Shown here: one piece after another, positions 56,904-64,000 of the stretch | Position numbering within the stretch: position 1 is the first letter of the stretch | How the letters are laid out: the number at the start of each line of letters is the position of its first letter | Assembly (NCBI GenBank): GCA_040767195.1 | Contig: JAXGPA010000002.1 | Coordinates: 96,001 to 160,000, forward strand | Length of the DNA stretch: 64,000 bases | Source of the DNA: Syntrophales bacterium | GTDB taxonomy: Bacteria; Desulfobacterota; Syntrophia; Syntrophales; UBA6807 | Direction of reading: 5' to 3' | The notes under the pieces: model-generated | Seen by the model: the letters and a program-made list of their open reading frames with translations, nothing else | Database searches by the model: none | Told to the model about the DNA's origin: nothing | Position numbers and translations under genes: made by a program

Positions 56904-58193
56904 ATGAAGGATGTCGTTATCGTAAGTGGTGCAAGAACCGCCGTAGGAGAATTCGGCGGTTCCCTGAAGGGTGTTTCCGTCGTCGAGATGGGAAGGCTCT
57001 GCATGAAAGAAGCCATCAAGAGGGCCGGGCTCCGCCCCGCCATCAATGATTTCGTCAAGTCAGCCCGTCCCGAGATCTTCGGCGAATTCGACATGACGGA
57101 AGTTCAGAAAAAGGGCTATGATTACGATGAGTCCCTGACCCCCGTCTACTTCGACGAGGTCATCTTCGGAAACGTCCTCACCGCCGGCCAGGGCCAGAAC
57201 CCCCCCCGGCAGTCGGCCATCTACGCCGGGCTTCCCGAGGAAACGAACGTCATCACCGTCCAGAAGGTGTGCGCCTCGGGGATGAAGGCCATCTCACTGG
57301 CCGCCCAGGTCATCCAGTGCGGCGACGGCGACATCATCGTCGCCGGCGGCATGGAAAACATGAGCAACGTCCCTTACGGCCTTCCCGACGCCCGCTGGGG
57401 GTACCGCATGAACATGCCCTTCGGCAAGGTCACGGACCTCATGGTCCACGACGGCCTTTGGGAAATCTTCAACGCCTACCACATGGGCTTCACGGCGGAG
57501 AACATCGCCGAGAAATACGGCATCTCCCGGCAAGAGCAGGACGAGCTGGCCTATGAAAGCCATCGCCGGGCCCGGGCGGCCAACGCCAGCGGCGCCGTGG
57601 CCGACGAGATCGTCCCCGTGGTCATCCCCCAGAGGAAGGGCGACCCCAAGGTCTTCAAGGTGGACGAGCGACCCATGGACACCACCCTGGAAAAGATGGC
57701 CAAGCTGGCCCCGGTCTTCAAGAAGACGGGGACCGTCACGGCGGGGAACGCCTCGGGCATCAATGACGGCGCCTGCGCCGTCGTCGTGGCGAGCGCCGAC
57801 AAGGCGAAGGAACTGGGGCTGAAGCCCATGGTGAAGATCAAGGGCTTTGCCTCCGGGGGCGTCGATCCGGCCTTCATGGGCCTCGGTCCCATCCCGGCGG
57901 TGAAGAAGGTCATGAAGAAACTCAACCTGACCATCGGCGACTTCGACCTCGTCGAGCTGAACGAAGCCTTTGCCTGCCAGGCCATCGGCTGCATCCGGGA
58001 ACTGAAAATTGATCTCAACAAGTGCAACCTGAACGGCAGCGGAATCTCCATCGGGCACCCCATCGGATGCACCGGCGCCCGGATCACCTACACGCTGGCC
58101 AACCAGATGGTGAAAGGAGACCTGAACCTGGGTCTCGCATCCCTTTGCATCGGCGGCGGCCAGGGTATGGCCATCGTCCTCGAAAGGGTGTAA
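56904..58193 (+). CDS. Acetyl-CoA C-acetyltransferase (thiolase)
   Basis: KVCASG, ELNEAFA, GHPIGCTG and LCIGGGQG motifs. Confidence 0.95.
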   Translation: MKDVVIVSGARTAVGEFGGSLKGVSVVEMGRLCMKEAIKRAGLRPAINDFVKSARPEIFGEFDMTEVQKKGYDYDESLTPVYFDEVIFGNVLTAGQGQNPPRQSAIYAGLPEETNVITVQKVCASGMKAISLAAQVIQCGDGDIIVAGGMENMSNVPYGLPDARWGYRMNMPFGKVTDLMVHDGLWEIFNAYHMGFTAENIAEKYGISRQEQDELAYESHRRARAANASGAVADEIVPVVIPQRKGDPKVFKVDERPMDTTLEKMAKLAPVFKKTGTVTAGNASGINDGACAVVVASADKAKELGLKPMVKIKGFASGGVDPAFMGLGPIPAVKKVMKKLNLTIGDFDLVELNEAFACQAIGCIRELKIDLNKCNLNGSGISIGHPIGCTGARITYTLANQMVKGDLNLGLASLCIGGGQGMAIVLERV

Positions 58194-58337
58194 GTAAGCT
58201 TTTGAGGGAGAAGGGGGACCTTGTTCCTCCTTCTCCACCTCCCCGGGCCGGAGCGGCCGCCCGAGGCCGGCATTTTTACACGGGGAGCTGACCGGGGCAG
58301 TAAACCACTTCACATAAAGAAACAGGAGGGAGACATC

Positions 58338-59195
58338 ATGACAGTCAAAACGATTGGCGTCGTCGGCGCCGGACAGATGGGAAACGGGATCGCCCAGGTA
58401 GCGGCCTACCCGGGCGGGATTAACGTCATCATGAATGACATCGCCGACCAGTTCGTGGACCGCGGTTACGCCAGCATTTCCAAGAACCTGGACCGCCTCG
58501 TGGCCAAGGAGAAGATCACCGGCGACCAGAAGAACGAGATCCTCGGAAGGATCAAGAAAAGCACGAACCTGGAGGACATGAAGGATGCCGACTTCGTCGT
58601 CGAGGCGGCGGTGGAGCGGGAGGACCTGAAACTGGGCATCTTCAAGAAACTGGACGAATTCTGCAAACCCGATGTCATCCTGGCATCGAACACATCCTCC
58701 ATCCCCATCACCCGGATCGCCGGCGCGACGAAACGGCCCGACAAGGTGATCGGAATGCACTTCATGAACCCCGTCCCGGTGATGCGCCTCGTGGAAATCA
58801 TCCGGGGGCTCGCCACCTCCCAGGCGACCTATGACCTCACGGAGAGCCTGTCCAAGCAGTTCGGCAAGGTCCCCGTGGAATGCAACGACTTCCCCGGCTT
58901 CATCTCCAACCGGATCCTCATGCCCATGATCAACGAGGCCGTCTACGCCCTCTTCGAAGGCGTGGGAACGCCCAAGGCCATCGACGACATCATGGTCCTC
59001 GGGATGAACCACCCCATGGGCCCCCTGGCCCTGGCCGACCTCATCGGTCTCGACACCTGCTGGGCCATCATGGACGTTCTCTACAAGGGCTTCGGCGACT
59101 CCAAGTACCGTCCCTGCCCGCTTCTCAAGAAATATGTAGACGCCGGGTACATGGGCCGGAAATCGGGAAAGGGATTCTACGACTACAGCAAGTAA
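58338..59195 (+). CDS. hbd: 3-hydroxybutyryl-CoA dehydrogenase
   Basis: [33 protein letters not shown] and GRKSGKGFY motifs. Confidence 0.95.
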   Translation: MTVKTIGVVGAGQMGNGIAQVAAYPGGINVIMNDIADQFVDRGYASISKNLDRLVAKEKITGDQKNEILGRIKKSTNLEDMKDADFVVEAAVEREDLKLGIFKKLDEFCKPDVILASNTSSIPITRIAGATKRPDKVIGMHFMNPVPVMRLVEIIRGLATSQATYDLTESLSKQFGKVPVECNDFPGFISNRILMPMINEAVYALFEGVGTPKAIDDIMVLGMNHPMGPLALADLIGLDTCWAIMDVLYKGFGDSKYRPCPLLKKYVDAGYMGRKSGKGFYDYSK

Positions 59196-59237
59196 GCCTT
59201 CCTTCGGGCTTCAGACCAAAAAAGGGGGATGCATATC

Positions 59238-60020
59238 ATGGAATACAAAAATCTCTTGTTTGACGTACAGGACAAGGTCGCCCTTATCCAGTTCAACCGC
59301 CCCAAGGCCCTGAACGCCATGAACTCGGAGACCATGGGGGAACTCATGGACGCCGTCAAACGGTGCGGTAGCGACGACGGCATCAAGGCCGTGGTCCTCA
59401 CCGGCGCCGGCGACCGGGCCTTCGTGGCCGGGGCGGACATCGCGGAAATGCAGGAGCTGCCGCCTTCGGAAGCCCTGAAATTCATGGAGCGGGGGCACGA
59501 GACCTACCGAGCCATCGAGATCCTGCCAAAACCCACCATCGCGGCGGTCAAGGGTTTCGCCCTGGGCGGCGGCACGGAAATCGCCATGTCCTGCGACATG
59601 CGGTTCGCCGCCGACAACGCCCGGTTCGGCCAGCCGGAAATCCTGCTGGGCCTCACCCCGGGATGGGGCGGCACCCAGCGGCTTCCCCGGCTCATCGGAC
59701 TGGGGCGGGCCAAGGAGCTCATCATGGGCGGTGAACAGGTCAACGCCCAGAGGGCTTACGAGATCGGGCTGGTAAACCGGGTCTACCCGGCGGACCAGCT
59801 CATGGAGGAAACGATGAAGTTCGCCAAAAAGCTGGCGGGCATGCCGGGATTCGCCATCAAGATGGTGAAGCACGCCATGAACTTCGGCTGCGAGCTGCCC
59901 CTCGATCCCGCGAACCGCCTCGAAATGGAGTGCTGCGCCCAGTGCTTCAGCACCCACGATCAGAAGGAAGGCATGAAGGCATTCCTCGAAAAGAGAAAAG
60001 CCAACTTCCTCGACAAGTAA
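59238..60020 (+). CDS. crt: Enoyl-CoA hydratase (crotonase)
   Basis: NRPKALNA, AFVAGADI, ALGGG.E and FGQPE..LG..PGWGGTQRL motifs. Confidence 0.93.
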   Translation: MEYKNLLFDVQDKVALIQFNRPKALNAMNSETMGELMDAVKRCGSDDGIKAVVLTGAGDRAFVAGADIAEMQELPPSEALKFMERGHETYRAIEILPKPTIAAVKGFALGGGTEIAMSCDMRFAADNARFGQPEILLGLTPGWGGTQRLPRLIGLGRAKELIMGGEQVNAQRAYEIGLVNRVYPADQLMEETMKFAKKLAGMPGFAIKMVKHAMNFGCELPLDPANRLEMECCAQCFSTHDQKEGMKAFLEKRKANFLDK

Positions 60021-60097
60021 ACCGGAGTCATGACCGGCGGGGCGACGGGCCCCGCCGGCCCGATAAAAAAACAAAAAAAGGAATAAGGAGGGTGAGT

Positions 60098-61246
60098 ATG
60101 AATTTCGCGTTGACCGAAGAACAACAAATGGTAAAGGACATGGTCACCAGGTTCGCCGAAAACGAGATCAAACCCATCGCGGCGGAGTTGGACCACACCC
60201 ACCGGCATCCCGAGGAGATCTGCCGGAAGCTCGGTGAAATGGGCATCATGGGCGTCGCCGTCCCGACGGAATACGGCGGAGCGGGCATGGACACGGTCAC
60301 CTACGTCCACGCCATGATCGCCATTTCCAAGGCCTGCGCCAGCACGGGCGTCATCGTGTCGGTGAACAACTCCCTGTACGGCTTCCCCATCAAGACCTAC
60401 GGGACGGAAGAGCAGAAGCACACGTGGCTCACCCCCGTGGCGAGCGGCAAGTGTGAAGGCTGCTACGCCCTCACCGAGGCCGGCGCCGGTTCCGACGCCG
60501 CCTCCCTGGCCTGCCGGGCGGACCTGAAGGGCGACAAGTACATCCTGAACGGCGCGAAGCGCTTCATCACCAACGGCAACGTCGCCAATTACTGTGTTCT
60601 CGCCGCCACGACGGATCCCGCAAAGGCGTACAAGGGCGTCATTAACCTCATCGTGGACCTGAAGAACACCCCCGGCTTCTCCGTCGGTAAGATCGAGGAG
60701 AAAATGGGCATTCTCGCTTCCGGCACGGCGGAACTCGTTTTCGAGGACGCCGAAGTCCCGGCGGCGAACCTTCTCGGCAAGGAAGGCCAGGGCTTCCGCC
60801 AGATGCTCTCCGGTCTCGACGCCGGCCGCATCGGCATCGGCTCCCAGGCCGTGGGCATCGGCAAGGCCGCCCTGGAAGACGCCCTGAACTACGCCAAGGA
60901 GCGCGTCCAGTTCGGCAAGCCCATCGCCACCTTCCAGGCCATCCAGTTCAAGCTCGCCGACATGGCGACGGAACTCGACGCCGCCGAGCTGCTTCTCCTC
61001 CGGGCCGCGTGGATGGAGGACCATCACATGGACTACGAGAAAGAGTCGGCCATGGCCAAGATGTACGGCTCCGACGTGGCCATGAAGGCCGCCATCGAAG
61101 GCGTTCAGATCTTCGGCGGTTACGGCTACTGCAAGGAATACCCGGCGGAACGGCACATGCGGGACGCCAAGATCTGCCAGATCTACGAAGGGACGAACGA
61201 AATCCAGAGGGTCGTCATCGCCCGGAAGCTTCTGGGACAGCGGTAA
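60098..61246 (+). CDS. bcd: Short-chain/butyryl-CoA dehydrogenase
   Basis: LTE.GAGSD, G.K.FITNG, R.QFGKPI..FQ.IQFKLADM and GGYGY..EYP.ER.MRDAKI.QIYEGTNEIQR motifs. Confidence 0.9.
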   Translation: MNFALTEEQQMVKDMVTRFAENEIKPIAAELDHTHRHPEEICRKLGEMGIMGVAVPTEYGGAGMDTVTYVHAMIAISKACASTGVIVSVNNSLYGFPIKTYGTEEQKHTWLTPVASGKCEGCYALTEAGAGSDAASLACRADLKGDKYILNGAKRFITNGNVANYCVLAATTDPAKAYKGVINLIVDLKNTPGFSVGKIEEKMGILASGTAELVFEDAEVPAANLLGKEGQGFRQMLSGLDAGRIGIGSQAVGIGKAALEDALNYAKERVQFGKPIATFQAIQFKLADMATELDAAELLLLRAAWMEDHHMDYEKESAMAKMYGSDVAMKAAIEGVQIFGGYGYCKEYPAERHMRDAKICQIYEGTNEIQRVVIARKLLGQR

Positions 61247-61263
61247 GACCTCAGAGCAATGTG

Positions 61264-61298
61264 AAAAGGCCGGGGCGCAAGCCCCGGCTTTTTTTATT
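61264..61298 (+). terminator. Intrinsic terminator after bcd
   Basis: GCCGGGGC-GCAA-GCCCCGGC followed by a T7 run. Confidence 0.88.
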
Positions 61299-61490
61299 GA
61301 GACCGCCCCCCCTCTTTGCTATAGCAGAAGAAAGCCCGGTCCTCTGAAGCGGCGGGTTCCCGATTCATCCCGTCCCGAGCGCTTGCGGTTCCGCCAAGGC
61401 CGGGATGGCCGTCCTGTCTCGAAAAGGGACCGGGCATGGGTTTTGACAGGCCCGGGACCCCGGGGCCGGACAGAAAAGGAAGAACCGTTC

Positions 61491-63191
61491 ATGGACCTCA
61501 AGTTGCCGAAATCGAATACATACGAAGGCGTCAAAGGCCCCCTGCTCCTCGTCATCCTGGACGGCATGGGCCTGTACCGGGGCACCAAGGAAGGTTACCC
61601 GGGCAACGCCATCGACCTGGCCAAACCGGCCCACCTTTTCCATCTTCTCGACCAGGAAAGGATCGTTCTGAAACTGAAGGCCCACGGAACCGCCGTCGGG
61701 ATGCCCTCGGACCAGGACCAGGGCAACAGCGAGGTGGGGCACAACGCCTTCGGCGCCGGCCGCATCTTCGCCCAGGGCGCCCGGCTCGTGGACGAGGCCA
61801 TCGAATCGGGCCGGCTCTTCTCATCAACCGCCTGGAAGGAAATCGTCGAAAACAGCCTCAAGGAAAATACACCGGTCCACTTCATCGGCCTTCTCTCCGA
61901 CGGGAATGTCCACAGCAACATCCGCCATCTCATGGCCATGGTCTCCGAGTGCGACCGGCAGGGGATCGAGACGGTCCATGTCCACGCCCTCCTGGACGGC
62001 CGGGACGTCCCGCCGCTCAGCGCCCTTCGCTATTTCGGCGAGCTGGAGGACTTCCTCTGGTCCATCCGGGTCTCCGCCCTGAAATCGTCGCAGCGGCGGG
62101 CCTATTTCGTCGCCTCCGGGGGCGGCCGCATGGTGACCACCATGGACCGCTACGAGGCCGACTGGTCCATCGTGGAACGGGGCTACAACGCCCACGTCCT
62201 CGGTGAGGGGCCCCGGTTCCCCGACAGCCTGACGGCGATCCGGAAGCTCCGGGAACACCAGCGGGCGGACGACCAGTATATGGACCGCTTCGTGATTCAC
62301 GCCCCCGGTGACCCGGAGAAACCGCTCACCCGGATCGAAGACGGCCACGGGGTCATCTTTTTCAACTTCCGGGGGGACCGGGCCATCGAAATCAGCCGGG
62401 CTTTCGTGGAAAAAGATTTCCACGGATTTGAACGAAAGGCGTGGCCCCGGGTTCTTTACGCGGGTATGGTGGAGTACGACGGCGACACGCACATGCCGCC
62501 GCGGTATCTCGTCGAGCCGCCCGCCTTCGAGCGGACCCTGTCGGAGTACCTGGCCGCCAACGGGGTCACCCAGTTCGCCGTGAGCGAGACCCAGAAATTC
62601 GGCCATGTCACCTACTTCTGGAACGGCAACAACTCGGCCAGGTTCGGGGGGGACCAGGAAACATGGGTGGAGATCGAATCGGACCGGGTCCCTTTCGACG
62701 AGGCCCCGGCCATGAAGGCCCGGGAAATCGCCGAGGCGGCCGTCGAGGCGCTCCGATCCGGGAAATACCGGTTCCTCAGGCTCAACTTCCCCAACGGTGA
62801 CATGGTGGGACACACGGGATCCCTCCCCGCCGCCGTCACGGCCGTCAAGGCCGTCGACGACGCCCTTGGAAAACTCATCGAGGCGGTGGACGAAACGGGG
62901 GGAACTCTCATCGTCACGGCGGACCACGGGAACTGCGAGCAGATGATCGAGGTGGACAAAAAGACGGGAAAACCGGTCACCGGTTCCGGGGGCGGGTTCA
63001 AGGCCACCACGAGCCACTCCCTGAACCCGGTCCCCTTCGTCATCCACGGACCGGACACGGCCCGATACAAAATCAACGAGGGGGTGACGGACCCGGGACT
63101 GGGAAATGTCGCGGCGACGATTCTACGGCTTTTGGGACTCGAAAAACCGGAGGACTATCTCGACCCTCTCGTCACCGTCGAGGGTCCTTGA
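61491..63191 (+). CDS. gpmI: 2,3-bisphosphoglycerate-independent phosphoglycerate mutase
   Basis: ILDG.G, GNSEVGH, LLSDGNVHS, LDGRD, NFR.DRA, ET.K..HVT, DMVGHTG and ADHGN motifs. Confidence 0.96.
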   Translation: MDLKLPKSNTYEGVKGPLLLVILDGMGLYRGTKEGYPGNAIDLAKPAHLFHLLDQERIVLKLKAHGTAVGMPSDQDQGNSEVGHNAFGAGRIFAQGARLVDEAIESGRLFSSTAWKEIVENSLKENTPVHFIGLLSDGNVHSNIRHLMAMVSECDRQGIETVHVHALLDGRDVPPLSALRYFGELEDFLWSIRVSALKSSQRRAYFVASGGGRMVTTMDRYEADWSIVERGYNAHVLGEGPRFPDSLTAIRKLREHQRADDQYMDRFVIHAPGDPEKPLTRIEDGHGVIFFNFRGDRAIEISRAFVEKDFHGFERKAWPRVLYAGMVEYDGDTHMPPRYLVEPPAFERTLSEYLAANGVTQFAVSETQKFGHVTYFWNGNNSARFGGDQETWVEIESDRVPFDEAPAMKAREIAEAAVEALRSGKYRFLRLNFPNGDMVGHTGSLPAAVTAVKAVDDALGKLIEAVDETGGTLIVTADHGNCEQMIEVDKKTGKPVTGSGGGFKATTSHSLNPVPFVIHGPDTARYKINEGVTDPGLGNVAATILRLLGLEKPEDYLDPLVTVEGP

Positions 63192-63316
63192 ACCAGCCGA
63201 GGTGGGGCGATTTCAGTTGAACCATCCGCAAAAGACACAGGCCGCAGAGCCGTTTCCAGGGCTGACGCCCCAGCCGCAAAGTCGCCCTCGGGGCAGCCCC
63301 TTCGGGCGCGGCCCTT

Positions 63317-63775
63317 TCAGAAGATCCCCGCGTCGATCCCGGCGGCGAGGATCTTTCCCAGTTCCCCGCACTTGTCCAGGTCTACCTCCTTGACCTCGCC
63401 CCGGGCGATGACCGGCTCGGAAACAAGCTTCAGGGGATAGCCCCGGGCGATCCGCTCGATGCTGTTCAGGGCCCCGGTCCCGTCGTTGCCGGCGCTGATG
63501 AAGACCACGAAGGGTTTCTTGAACACCCGGCCCTGGGCGGGATAGAACGTCCGGTCGAAAAAATCCTTCATCCCCCCGGACATGTACCCGAAATTCTCCG
63601 GTGTCCCGATGGCCACGCCGTCACATTCCACCAGGTCGTCCACGGTGGCGTCGAAAGCCCGTTTCAGGGTCACCTTCGTCTTTTCCATCTCCGAAGCGCC
63701 TTCCGCCACCCGCCGGGCCATTTTTTCCGTGTTGCCCGTCTGGGTGTGGTATACGACCAGAATCTTCGTCATCAT
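63317..63775 (-). CDS. WrbA-like flavodoxin/NAD(P)H-dependent oxidoreductase
   Basis: Y.TQTGNT..MA..V..G and GTP.NFG.MSG.MK.FFD motifs. Confidence 0.85.
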   Translation of the reverse strand: MMTKILVVYHTQTGNTEKMARRVAEGASEMEKTKVTLKRAFDATVDDLVECDGVAIGTPENFGYMSGGMKDFFDRTFYPAQGRVFKKPFVVFISAGNDGTGALNSIERIARGYPLKLVSEPVIARGEVKEVDLDKCGELGKILAAGIDAGIF

Positions 63776-63778
63776 TCC

Positions 63779-64000
63779 TCACGCATTCTGAAGTTTCCGG
63801 CAAAAATCGCCTAAAACCTCATTGAAGATCCCGGCGCTTTCCACCATGACGAAATGACCGGAGCCCGGAATGATCGCCAGATCCGCCCCGGGAATGTTCG
63901 CCGCCATGTACCGGGAGAACTCCGGGGGCGTCATCTTGTCCTCGTCGCCGCAGACCAGGAGTGTCGGCACGGAGATTTCGCCGATTTCAGCGGTCAGATC
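63779..64000 (-). CDS. Alpha/beta hydrolase, C-terminal part (5'-partial)
   Basis: I.VPTL...G..D..TP....IP..GH....E...FN motif. The frame is open to the window edge. Confidence 0.85.
   Translation of the reverse strand, partial: DLTAEIGEISVPTLLVCGDEDKMTPPEFSRYMAANIPGADLAIIPGSGHFVMVESAGIFNEVLGDFCRKLQNA

Overview
This is GC-rich bacterial chromosomal DNA. The gene content (two acyl-CoA/beta-oxidation clusters, tol-pal, a class III RNR homologue and apparent selenocysteine use) fits an anaerobic syntrophic Desulfobacterota such as a Syntrophales-like organism; the taxonomy is inference. Most of the window is housekeeping or metabolic: nfi, ribF, tRNA-Leu(CAG), two fatty-acyl-CoA clusters, tolQRAB-pal-cpoB, a ctpA operon, two polar amino-acid ABC systems, folD and gpmI. 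I saw no CRISPR array, integrase, transposase or prophage gene. The most notable items are: (1) a 71-codon glutaredoxin-like gene missed by the ORF track (2676-2891), with two in-frame UGA codons, each followed 10 nt later by a SECIS-like hairpin; (2) an intact NrdD homologue that keeps its glycyl-radical and Zn motifs but appears to lack the finger-loop cysteine(s), sits next to a SAMHD1-like HD hydrolase, and has no adjacent nrdG; (3) a three-gene CsgG/HfaB-like envelope cluster with no curli genes; (4) a ctpA / TPR lipoprotein / LolB-like operon; (5) a near-identical 375-bp PAS duplication in a LuxR regulator; (6) a nested MITE/REP-like palindrome. All family assignments come from motif recognition only; no database searches were run.
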